Positions 40,035 to 49,112 of a stretch of 64,000 bases of DNA are shown here, in pieces. A model generated the notes under the pieces. That model worked only from the letters and a program-made list of their open reading frames with translations. It was not told where the DNA came from and ran no database searches. A program made the position numbers and the translations under genes. Position 1 is the first letter of the stretch. Every line of letters starts with the position of its first letter. This DNA comes from Sedimentisphaerales bacterium (lineage in GTDB: Bacteria; Planctomycetota; Phycisphaerae; Sedimentisphaerales; Anaerobacaceae), in NCBI GenBank assembly GCA_963708075.1, contig OY970194.1, forward strand, positions 672,001-736,000, in the 5' to 3' direction.

Positions 40035-43015
40035 ATGATGTTCACCCCAAGGATGCTCGTGTGCAGCGTGCTCTCTCTCTTCTGTCTTGAGACTACCATC
40101 TTCGCCGGCAGTGCGGCCACACGCACAGCGGACCCTGCTGAGAGCGGCGGTCCCACGCGTGCCTTGGGTTTCTACAAACCCGGCCAGCCGGTCCCGCTTG
40201 AGGAAGGTTTTCGCGATCCCCCGGCGATCTCTCGCGTCCAGTGCTGGTGGCAGCCGCCCGGCAGCCCATTTACCAAGGACGAGATTACCCGTGAACTCGA
40301 GGAGTTCAAGGCGAAGGGCATGGGAGGAGTGACTATCAAGGACACGGGCGAGATGCCTCGCGATGAGCGTACGGTCCACATCAAGGACATTCCGTTCATG
40401 AGCGAACAGTGGCTGGACATGTTCGCGCATATTGTGGCCGAGTGCGGGCGTCTTGAGTTGATCTGCCGCAGCCGGTCGAGCAGCGGATGGAACGAGGGGG
40501 GGCCGTGGATTCCACCCGAAATGTCCATCAAGACACTGGTCTTCGCCAAGTCGCAGCCGCTTCAGGGGCCGACAACGTACTCAGGACCGATTCCCCGCGA
40601 AGTCCCGGAAGCACGAAAAGCCGTCGCCCGGGCTGAGACGCCACAGGTGCCCAGTCCGACGACCGAGCAGTTCAAAAGCGGGCAGGCCTTTGTGCTCGCC
40701 GTGTGCGAGGACGACCAGCGCGTGGTCGATCTGACCGCGAAAGTGTCGGAGACCGGCACGCTCGTGTGGAGTGTCCCGAGCGGCCGATGGAGTCTGCTGT
40801 CGTGCTATGGAAAGCCCACCGGCAAAAAGCTTGTGTCAACCAGTGTGAGCGGTGGCGGCCTGCATGCCGATAACCTCAGTGCCGCCGCGGCCGACCTTCA
40901 CATCCGGGAATTCATGGAGCGGATGCGGACGAGGGTCGGCGGATTTGAGAACACGGCCTTCGATGGCTTCAACAGCGACGGCTTCGAGCTGGGCCTTCCC
41001 ACCTGGACGCCGGGACTACGGCAGTTCTTCATGCAGCGGTGCGGCTACGACCCGGTTCCGTTCTTTCCTCTGCTGGCCGGCTACGATCTTGGCCAGGCCG
41101 GCCAGCGGTTCCTCTACGATTTCAGGACCACTGTCGGGGACCTCATTGTCGCGAACCACTACAGTCACTATAGTGCCTGGTGCCGGGAGCACGGCGTCGC
41201 TTTCGATGCGCAGTGTGTCGGCGGACCAAGCCATCGGCATACGCACGATTTCCTCACCGCCTGCGGCGCCGTGGATATCCCGATGGGCGAGACCTGGATT
41301 CACGGCGCGCATATGTCAAGATGGCCTCTTCCGCAGCTCATACGTATGGCAAGCGGCTGGTCGGCCTTGAATACGGGACGCAGAAAGCCTGGTTTTACGC
41401 TCCCACGCCAGCCCTGCTGAGAATGCGGGCTGATGAATCGTTCTTGCTCGGCGCCAACTACTTGTGCCTTCCTTGTGTAGATTATACGCCTCCCGAGGCC
41501 GGGTATCCCGGATGGGTCCATTCTCAGCCCGACCGCTTGGGCCTGGGCCAGACGTGGTGGCCGCTCTCTCGCCCACTGTTCGATTACCTCGCCCGTTGTT
41601 GTTTCCTGCTGCAGTCGGGAAAGCCTGTGGCCAGTGTCGCTGTATACAACAGTTTTCATAGCCGGGCGAACATGGTCTGGCTGTCTCCCGACGACGACAA
41701 GCTCTCCAGCCTTCCGAGGCAATATGATTTCGACTACGTCAGCGATGACCTCCTTGTGAACCACATGCGCGTCGAGGACGGTCGGATCATGCTGCCCTCG
41801 GGCGCAACGTACGAAATCCTGTACATTCCTCCTGCCGCCGTCTACTCGGGCGGCATGGGGCCCCGGCCCACGGCTTTCACAGAGCCGCGCGTCGATATGC
41901 CGCTGGAGAGTCTGCTGAAGATCCGCGACATGGTTCGCCAAGGCGCGACGGTGGTCTGGGCGGGTGAGTTGCCGAAGCGATCTCCGAGCCTGAAGGGACA
42001 ACCTGATGCCGATATGAATTATGAAGCTGCGATCAGGGAGTTGCAGGCGGACCGGCGGCTGACGAGGCTGCCGGAGCACAACTGGAATGCACTTGTTCCG
42101 ATGCTCGCCAAGAGCGCCCAACCGCCCGCGTGGCAACTCTCCGGGGATGTGCCGCTGCGGTTCGTTCATCGGCGTCTGCCGAACGCGGACCTCTTCTTCA
42201 TCACTCATCGGGGAGTGCAGGATAGCTACAAGGATATGACCGACCTGCTATGGGCGAGGAAGATGGACAGCGGGGCCATCGTGCATCAGCTCTTCGCGGA
42301 GACACGTCCAGTCGAGACTTCCGTCACGTTCCGTATCAAGGGGCGCCGGCCGGAGTTCTGGTGGGCTGAATCCGGGCGGATCGAGCCGGCTCCCTGGCAG
42401 GAGACCCCCGAAGGAGTATCGGTAACGGTCAAACTGGAGCCCTATGCGTCGGTCTTCGTCGTCTTTCGCGATGCTGCGAGCAATGAGCGGCAGGCGAAGA
42501 GTGACAAGCGACAAGCGGCGGGTAACGGACAGACCATCGAAGGGCCGTGGGAGTTGAGATTCCCGGCGGGCTGGAAGACGCCTGAAAAGGTCACTCTTTC
42601 GAGCCTGAAGTCCTGGACGGAAATGGAGGACATCGAGGTCCGGCACTTCAACGGCATCGCTGCATACAGCACGACGTTCACTGTCGCTCAGGACGCCCGC
42701 GAAGGAAAGAAGGCGGAGCTGGATTTGGGCCGGGTGGCGGATATCTGTGAGGTGTGGCTCAATGGGCAGCGTGTGGGGATCGCCTGGCAGGCCCCGTACC
42801 GCGTGGACATCACTGACGTGTTGCGCTCCGGTGAGAACCGCCTGGAAGTGCGGGTGACGGCTACATGGCACAATCGTCTCGTTCGTGATGCAGCCCTGCC
42901 GAAAGCCGAACGGGTGAGCCGCATGTACCCTGAGGCTCACTACGCCAGATTCAAGGGCCGTAGTCTCATCGAATCCGGCCTCCTGGGCCCTGTGCGGCTC
43001 GTTTTGGGCCCGTGA
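40035..43015 (+). CDS. GH106 (alpha-L-rhamnosidase-like) glycoside hydrolase; frameshift at ~41301
   Basis: GFRDPP...WWQ, KAKGMGGV, SGWNEGGPWI, SDGFE, DIPMGETW, then KMASSAAHTYGK, YLARCCFLLQSG, LDLGRV, ESGLLGPV; one missing base after ETWI joins the frames. Confidence 0.85.
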
Positions 43016-43280
43016 GTTGCAGGCTCACCCCTTGAGAAGTGCGTACGCTGTGAATCCGTCCGACAATCTGCCGCCCCGCGGCGGATTGGCCGTACCCGGC
43101 AGACCACGCTTGCAGGTTTGATCCGCTCTGACGTCCGCACCACAATTCGCTCTCCAATGCTACGCGCGAGGCGGGCTTTCTCTTGGCCTACTGTGGAAAC
43201 AGCCTGCCGCCGCCCGAATGAACTCGTGAAACTCGCGAGGCTCAGGGGGAGTTGTCCCGCAGTCATCAGGATTGACAGTC

Positions 43281-43310
43281 TTGACTCACGCGAGAAGAGG
43301 TCGATAGAAT
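43281..43310 (+). promoter_or_regulatory. Putative sigma70-type promoter of the Mo/W operon
   Basis: TTGACT-18 nt-TAGAAT. Confidence 0.55.
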
Positions 43311-43417
43311 GAAGGTCTTGTTGGGCATTCCGGAGATGACGCCCGACAAGACGCAACAGGTCGTGAAGTCCTACAAGATGTAGCTCAGAATGTAAAAGGC
43401 ATGTTGCCTGTAAAGAC

Positions 43418-43441
43418 CGTTATGTCGGACCCGACATAACG
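43418..43441. promoter_or_regulatory. ModE-type operator palindrome
   Basis: CGTTATGTCG-GACC-CGACATAACG, perfect 10-bp arms matching the CGTTAT-N12-ATAACG ModE box geometry. Confidence 0.8.
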
Positions 43442-43466
43442 CTGGTGAAATAGTGAAGGAGTATCG

Positions 43467-43658
43467 ATGAAGTCGCAAGAGGAGTTGACCAAGGCGGTTC
43501 TCGAACGGTCCGGAGAGGTGAACGGTCGCCGGACCTTGACGTGCGCCCAGGCCCTGAGCCTTGCGGCCGAGCTCGGTGTGAAGCCGGTCGAGATTGGCCG
43601 CATCTGTAATCAGGAGAATGTCCGCTTGGGCAGTTGCCAATTAGGTTGTTTCTCGTAG
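43467..43658 (+). CDS. Small Cys-containing protein (LTC...ICN...CQLGCF)
   Basis: 63-aa ORF with AAGGAG RBS and four cysteines, directly upstream of the ModE-like gene. Confidence 0.75.
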   Translation: MKSQEELTKAVLERSGEVNGRRTLTCAQALSLAAELGVKPVEIGRICNQENVRLGSCQLGCFS

Positions 43659-43674
43659 GAGGCACACGAGGGCG

Positions 43675-44826
43675 GTGGAGAAGCTCAAACCAAGGTTCAA
43701 GCTGTGGCTGGATAGCGAAGACGTCCACGGCGTGTTCGGGGGCGGCAAATGCCGGCTGCTCGAAAGCATTGAGAAGACCGGCTCGCTACGTGCCACTAGC
43801 GATGCGCTGCACATCAGCTATCGCAAGGCGTGGGGTGATCTGAAGAAAGCTCAAGCTGCCCTGGGCATCGTTCTGATCGAGCAGCACCGCGGCGGTCGCC
43901 AGGGCGGCCGGACCGTGCTCACCGAGCAAGGGAAGCAGTGGGTCCAGGCCTACAGCCGGTTTCACCGAGACGTCGAGGCCGCGGTGCAGACGTCCTTCGA
44001 AAGATTCTCCCGGGAAGTTGCATCCCGGCGAGGCTTCAGTCTGATCGAGCTGCTTGTTGTCATCTCAATCGTGGCCCTGCTCATGGCTCTCACTTTGCCG
44101 GCAATGGGGCGTGCACGGGCACTGGCAAGGCAGGCCGTCTGTCAGAACCGGCTGCACCAGTGGGGTTTGGCCTTCGCCGCGTACGCCGCAGAGAACTCCG
44201 GATACTACCCGCACGCCGATGGCAGGGACCGTTCCGGGGATGAAGAGCCTTTCACCCGCGAGGGGATCGCGGACTACTGGTTCGGATGGGTGGATGTCCT
44301 GGCGCCTCTGGTGGACGAGAAGCCCTGGCGCGAGCATACCCGAGGTGCCTATCCGGGCGTCAAGACCGTATTTCAATGTCCCTCTGCGGCGCTGGCGCCC
44401 GAGTCGCTGTACTCGTACAAACCGTTGCGGAACGGGTTCTTCTCGTATGCCATGAATTCCTGTCTGGAATTGGATGCCAACTGCTGGGCCCCTTATGGTC
44501 AGACGGGCGGCAACAACATGCCCAGCTTCCTGGATACGGCACGGATCAGGACGCCCGGGCGCGTGATCCTGCTCTTCGATCAGTTGCTGGACTCCTCGAA
44601 GGGATACGGCGGCAATGAAATCAACCGTTCGGCGGGCCGCCACTGTGGAAGTTACCCCAAGGCCTTCAGCGCCCACCACGCCAAGCCGGGGGGAACGCTC
44701 GGCGGCTTCATTCTCTATTGCGACTACCACGTTGGGTGGAAACAAACAGTCTGGAAAGCCGAGTGGCCGGCGACCCCCGATTTCGAGGCGCCGCCCCGGG
44801 ACGATCCGGACTGGTATCCCTACTAA
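43675..44826 (+). CDS. Fusion of ModE-like winged-HTH domain to a DUF1559-type prepilin
   Basis: Residues 1-112: KLWL...[20 protein letters not shown]...ISYRKAW...[12 protein letters not shown]; residue 120 on: [51 protein letters not shown]; no stop codon between. Confidence 0.85.
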   Translation: MEKLKPRFKLWLDSEDVHGVFGGGKCRLLESIEKTGSLRATSDALHISYRKAWGDLKKAQAALGIVLIEQHRGGRQGGRTVLTEQGKQWVQAYSRFHRDVEAAVQTSFERFSREVASRRGFSLIELLVVISIVALLMALTLPAMGRARALARQAVCQNRLHQWGLAFAAYAAENSGYYPHADGRDRSGDEEPFTREGIADYWFGWVDVLAPLVDEKPWREHTRGAYPGVKTVFQCPSAALAPESLYSYKPLRNGFFSYAMNSCLELDANCWAPYGQTGGNNMPSFLDTARIRTPGRVILLFDQLLDSSKGYGGNEINRSAGRHCGSYPKAFSAHHAKPGGTLGGFILYCDYHVGWKQTVWKAEWPATPDFEAPPRDDPDWYPY

Positions 44827-44831
44827 GAATG

Positions 44832-44859
44832 TACGATTTATGATTTACGATTTACGATT
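44832..44859 (+). repeat. Tandem heptamer TA(C/T)GATT x4
   Basis: TACGATT TATGATT TACGATT TACGATT immediately before the RBS of ORF 44875. Confidence 0.8.
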
Positions 44860-44874
44860 TGGAGGATCAGAGAG

Positions 44875-45906
44875 ATGGTGCACAAGAACAAGACTTGTAT
44901 GAAGGTCGTCGTTTCGGCTGTTTGCATCGCGTGTGTACTTCCGTGCCTCGCGCAAGGTGGCGTTCTGACCATTCCTGAGATTCAGTACACCGAGTCGCCT
45001 GACGGGGCCAGCCTTTACAGCGGAAAGACCGTCGATTGCCTCGGGGGCATCGTAATCGCCAAGGTGGCCGGCGGACGCCCCCGGCTGTTCCTGCAGGATC
45101 CCAACGCCCTCGACGGCTGGGGCGCCATCCAGATCAAGGGTTGGGTCAGTGACGCCTTCGCCAGTGTGAGCGTCGGGGACTGGGTCGAGATCCGGCAGAC
45201 CTTCGTCGAGGAGTTTCGCGGGACGACGTTCCTGCAGTACTGGGACAAGAATCCCGACGGTTCCCAGCCGGTGCTGACGGTCGTGAGTCATGGCCATAAC
45301 CTCCCCCAGCCGCTCGTTGTAGACGTGAATGAAATCAAAGCGCCCGAGTACCTGCTCACGGAAGATGCCTGGTCCGTGGCCAATCACCGGGCGGAGAGAC
45401 TCGAGTCCATGCTCGTGCAGATTCGAAACGTGGTCGTGGTCGAGCAGGGCATGGGCAAGGCGCAGGACAACTACGAGCTCCAGTTGTTTCGCGAGCCGAA
45501 CGATATGGGCGCCCTTTGCTGGGCGAGCGACTATGCGAACAAGGATCGAAAGAAACCCGATCTGTACCTGCCTGGGGTTGAGACGGGCCGGCGCTTTCGA
45601 GCAGTGACCGGCGTGCTCGAGCAATACACGAACCTGGGCGAGGGCTTCGATTACTATCAGCTCCTGACGTTGAGCGAAACGAGCCTGGTGGGGCTTTGCC
45701 CGGCAGACCTGGATGAGGACGGCGACGTCGATCTTTGGGATTCCAAGCTGTTCATCGAGCAATTGCTCTCGCCGTCTTTGCCCTTGGCAGGCGATCTGAA
45801 CCATGATGGAAAGGTGGATTCAATTGATCTCGATCTGTTCAATGCGGCGTGGCAGCAGGCCGATGTGAACGGCGATGGTATCGTAGATGGCGATGACCTC
45901 GATTGA
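44875..45906 (+). CDS. Secreted protein with OB-fold-like domains and C-terminal dockerin/EF-hand motifs
   Basis: Signal peptide; TIPEIQ, VGDWVEI...EEFRGTTFL, ERLESMLV; ADLDEDGDVD, GDLNHDGKVD, ADVNGDGIVD. Confidence 0.7.
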   Translation: MVHKNKTCMKVVVSAVCIACVLPCLAQGGVLTIPEIQYTESPDGASLYSGKTVDCLGGIVIAKVAGGRPRLFLQDPNALDGWGAIQIKGWVSDAFASVSVGDWVEIRQTFVEEFRGTTFLQYWDKNPDGSQPVLTVVSHGHNLPQPLVVDVNEIKAPEYLLTEDAWSVANHRAERLESMLVQIRNVVVVEQGMGKAQDNYELQLFREPNDMGALCWASDYANKDRKKPDLYLPGVETGRRFRAVTGVLEQYTNLGEGFDYYQLLTLSETSLVGLCPADLDEDGDVDLWDSKLFIEQLLSPSLPLAGDLNHDGKVDSIDLDLFNAAWQQADVNGDGIVDGDDLD

Positions 45907-45989
45907 TGACGGATGATGGATTATTGATGATTGGCAGACACGCTGGGACACGCCTTTTCAATCATCCATCATCAATAATCAATCATCAA
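45902..45989. repeat. Inverted array of GAT(G/T)AT(T/G) heptamers, hairpin-forming
   Basis: GATGATG GATTATT GATGATT ... AATCATC CATCATC AATAATC AATCATC. Confidence 0.7.
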
Positions 45990-46009
45990 GGATCTTAAGG
46001 AGACCGAAC

Positions 46010-46645
46010 GTGAAAAGAGAGTACATTCTGGGAGTGTTGTTCTTCGGCGGCGTGTGGGGTATATCGGAAGCGGTGTTGGGGGGTGCTCTCTATGCCTCGC
46101 ATGTGCCCTACGCATCCGTGCCGCTGACGGTCGTAGGCCTGGCGGTCCTGACCGTTGCGAGATCGTATTTCCCGCGGAGAGGCACACCCACGCTTGTCGC
46201 GGCCTGTGCCATGCTCTACAAATTCCTGAACTCACCATTCTTCGGGTGTCATTTGGTGGGAATCCTCATTACCGGGGCCTGCTACGACCTCGTGTTCGAC
46301 GTGCTGAAGATCAGACTGAAGTCCCTTGCGGCGGCGGCGACAGTGTACCTCAGCTATGCGGCATTCGCTCTGATGATCACCTACGTGTTCCGGTACGACC
46401 ACTGGGTACAAGGTGGGATCGCCAACGTGCTCCGGCACACCTTCATCGGAGGCAGCATGGCTGCGTTGGCTTGTGCCTGCATCGTCCCCCTGAGTGCAGC
46501 GGCCGGCGAGAGACTCAAGGCGTATTCCACCACGCCCTTCGGGCTGCTCCGACCCTCGATCCCCGGCGGAATCTCTGCCGTGACCCTCGGGTTATGGGCG
46601 TTTGCCGTGGCCACGTGCCTGCTGAGCAACCCCTCCATCCGATAG
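46010..46645 (+). CDS. Small polytopic membrane protein, possibly ECF S-component-like
   Basis: 211 aa, about 6 TM segments, FGGVWGISEAVLGG start; AAGGAG RBS before GTG. Confidence 0.55.
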   Translation: MKREYILGVLFFGGVWGISEAVLGGALYASHVPYASVPLTVVGLAVLTVARSYFPRRGTPTLVAACAMLYKFLNSPFFGCHLVGILITGACYDLVFDVLKIRLKSLAAAATVYLSYAAFALMITYVFRYDHWVQGGIANVLRHTFIGGSMAALACACIVPLSAAAGERLKAYSTTPFGLLRPSIPGGISAVTLGLWAFAVATCLLSNPSIR

Positions 46646-46654
46646 GTGTTCCAC

Positions 46655-47194
46655 ATGATGCTTTTCCTGTGGACGGGGCCGAGGCACTGCGGCAAGACAA
46701 CCGGGGCTGCGAGGCTTGCCCGTATGGCGGGGCAGTGTGGCTTCCGTGTGGCCGGACTTCTTGCACCTTCAGTCTACCGGGACGGACATCTTGTCGGATT
46801 CGATGCACTGGACTTGGCTAGTGAAGCCCGAGCCCCACTGGCCGTGCGCCGGGATGATCCGGGCGACGTCGGGTCGTTCCACTTCGTTGAAGAGGGACTG
46901 ATACTCGGCAGTCATGCACTTGATGTGGCCGCGACCGAAGGGGTGGACCTTGTCGTCGTCGATGAGTTCGGTCCGCTGGAGCTTGCATCCCGGGGCTGGC
47001 GCCGAGCTGTGGATTCGCTCGTCTACGCCGGCAGGACGCCGCTTCTCATCGTTGTTCGCCGGGAGCTGGCCGGCGCAGTCCAGGAGGTATACGCAGATGT
47101 CCCCAGCAGAGTCCTTGATGCCACTGCCCCTGAATCTGCTCATGAGGTAATTTGTATGCTGAGAGATAATCGAGCCGCAGGAGAGACAGGGTGA
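46655..47194 (+). CDS. THEP1/DUF2478-like P-loop NTPase
   Basis: TGPRHCGKTT, GFDALDL, DLVVVDEFGPLE. Confidence 0.8.
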   Translation: MMLFLWTGPRHCGKTTGAARLARMAGQCGFRVAGLLAPSVYRDGHLVGFDALDLASEARAPLAVRRDDPGDVGSFHFVEEGLILGSHALDVAATEGVDLVVVDEFGPLELASRGWRRAVDSLVYAGRTPLLIVVRRELAGAVQEVYADVPSRVLDATAPESAHEVICMLRDNRAAGETG

Positions 47195-48330
47195 TTCGGC
47201 TTGAGAACATGCTGATGATCGGCTCCTCCGGATCCAATGTCGGCAAGACCGAGCTGGCGTGTACGCTGCTCCGACGACTTGGTGGCAATCACCGGATCGT
47301 TGGTGTCAAAGTGACTGCCATCGAGGCCACAGATGGGTCGTGTCCCCGAGGAGGGCAGGGCTGCGGCGTCTGCTCCTCGATGGATGCGGAGTATCGGATA
47401 ACAGAAGAAACGGATCGCCATGTTGGCAAAGACACCGCGAGGCTTCTGGCGACGGGCGCCGACAAGGTATACTGGCTCCGCGTCATGCGGACACATCTGT
47501 GCCAAGGCTTGAGCGCCCTGCTCGAAGCCGTGGGTCGTGACACGGTTCTGATCTGTGAATCGAACTCATTGCGGCAGGTAGTGGAACCGGGGCTCTTTCT
47601 CATTGTCGATCGCACGGATCGCAGGTCCTGGAAGCCCTCTGCACAACAGGTAAGACAGCACGCCGATAAGATCGTGCTCTCTGACGGCAGTCGTTTCCAT
47701 CTCGACCTCGGACGCATTCAGCTCGCGGGGCCCCGATGGCTGCTGACGGAGGACGCGACCGCCATCGTGCTGGCCGGAGGACACAGCCGACGAATGGGCG
47801 CAGACAAGAGCATGCTCCCGATCAATGGCCGACCGATGATCGAGCATATCTGCCGGCAACTCCGCGGCACATTTGCCAGGGTGCTCATCAGCGCCAATGA
47901 CACGGAGAAGTTCTCCTTCCTCGGCCTGGAGGTCATTCCTGACAGGATACCCGACCAGGGGCCGCTGATGGCGGTCGCCTCGGCCCTGGAAGCCTCCAGC
48001 ACCGAGTTCAACCTAGTCGTAGGCTGTGACATTCCGCGGATCCGATTGCCCGTCGTCAGACGAATGCTCGCCGAAGCCGCCGAAGCCGACGCAGTCATTC
48101 CGGTAACCGAGGATGGGAAGGAGCAACCTTTGTTTGCCGTCTACCGCAGGAGCATTCGCCGGGCCATGAATGAGGTCCTCGAATTGGGCGGCCGGCGACT
48201 CAGTCAGATCTACGATTCCTGCAAGGTGCGTTTCATGGCTCTCGATGATCAGAACTGGTTCGCAAACCTGAACACGATGGCCGACTATGAGCGATTCCGG
48301 AGCGGATACAATGCTCGCAAGCCCTTATAG
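47191..48330 (+). CDS. mobA: Molybdenum cofactor guanylyltransferase fused to an N-terminal P-loop (MobB-like) domain
   Basis: N-terminal GSSGSNVGKT, CPRGGQGCGVC, ESNS; C-terminal VLAGGHSRRMGADK, QGPL, GCDIP, QPLFAVY, NLNT. Confidence 0.85.
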   Translation: MIRLENMLMIGSSGSNVGKTELACTLLRRLGGNHRIVGVKVTAIEATDGSCPRGGQGCGVCSSMDAEYRITEETDRHVGKDTARLLATGADKVYWLRVMRTHLCQGLSALLEAVGRDTVLICESNSLRQVVEPGLFLIVDRTDRRSWKPSAQQVRQHADKIVLSDGSRFHLDLGRIQLAGPRWLLTEDATAIVLAGGHSRRMGADKSMLPINGRPMIEHICRQLRGTFARVLISANDTEKFSFLGLEVIPDRIPDQGPLMAVASALEASSTEFNLVVGCDIPRIRLPVVRRMLAEAAEADAVIPVTEDGKEQPLFAVYRRSIRRAMNEVLELGGRRLSQIYDSCKVRFMALDDQNWFANLNTMADYERFRSGYNARKPL

Positions 48331-48340
48331 GGCAATGACT

Positions 48341-48411
48341 TGGAGACGAAGGGAATCGAACCCTCATTCCGGCATTGCGAACGCCGTGTGCTCCCGTTAC
48401 ACCACGTCCCC
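48341..48411 (-). tRNA. tRNA-Ala(CGC)
   Basis: GGGGACG...CGTCTCC-A acceptor with G3:U70; anticodon arm CGGCG-TTCGCAA-TGCCG; T-loop GGTTCGATTCC; CCA not encoded. Confidence 0.93.
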
Positions 48412-48430
48412 AGGAACCACTTTCACCCGT

Positions 48431-48458
48431 ATTTTAAGGCTTGCCGACGCAAAGTCAA
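48431..48458 (-). promoter_or_regulatory. Putative tRNA-Ala promoter
   Basis: TTGACT-16 nt-TAAAAT on the minus strand. Confidence 0.5.
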
Positions 48459-48498
48459 CGGTCATTCAAATTCTTCTGCGGAAATCACTCAGGGTCTC

Positions 48499-49011
48499 TC
48501 AGAACTGCCAGGTCTCGAAACTGGCGATCTGCTCAATGGGTTCGCGCCTGGGCTGCCTGGGCGTGTCCGCGGGGTAACCTAGCGCCAGCAATTCAACGAT
48601 CATCACATCCTCGGGGATGCCGACGATCTGCTTGATCTTGTCCGGGTAAAATGAGCCGATCCAGCAGGTCGCCAGCCCTAACTCCGTGGCCTGCAAGCAC
48701 ATATGTTCGAGCGCGATGGCCACGTCGATAGGCCCGACGGCTTGGCCGCAGCGCATCACGTGGTCGCTGACTGTGCACGCCACGACAATCGCGCCGGCAG
48801 TCTCCAGGAATGTCTGATTGTTTGCAGCCGCGGCCAGCTTCTTCTTCGTCTGCCCATCCGTGACGACCACGAAACGCCAATCCTGCAGATTCTTGGCGGA
48901 CGGGGCGAGCCTTGCCGCTTCGAGGACTGCACGCAACTTGTCCTGTTCCAACGGCTTGCTGCTGTAGTTTCGGCACGAGTATCGGCTGCGAATGGCCTGT
49001 GCAACGTCCAT
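48499..49011 (-). CDS. Nitroreductase family protein
   Basis: AIRSRYSCRNY, ARLAPSAKNLQDWRFVVV, GLATCWIG, LALGYP. Confidence 0.9.
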   Translation of the reverse strand: MDVAQAIRSRYSCRNYSSKPLEQDKLRAVLEAARLAPSAKNLQDWRFVVVTDGQTKKKLAAAANNQTFLETAGAIVVACTVSDHVMRCGQAVGPIDVAIALEHMCLQATELGLATCWIGSFYPDKIKQIVGIPEDVMIVELLALGYPADTPRQPRREPIEQIASFETWQF

Positions 49012-49112
49012 GGTCTCACCCCTCAAAATACATCGCCGCAGCATCTCATCTGGTTGCGGCCGCTACAAATATAAGGACTACAACATATCGACGCAAGAGG
49101 CCTTTGCAGTTA

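Noticed and set aside
48341..48411. Genomic island integrated at tRNA-Ala or tRNA-Val
   Set aside because: No integrase and no duplicated tRNA 3' end seen by eye in the window.
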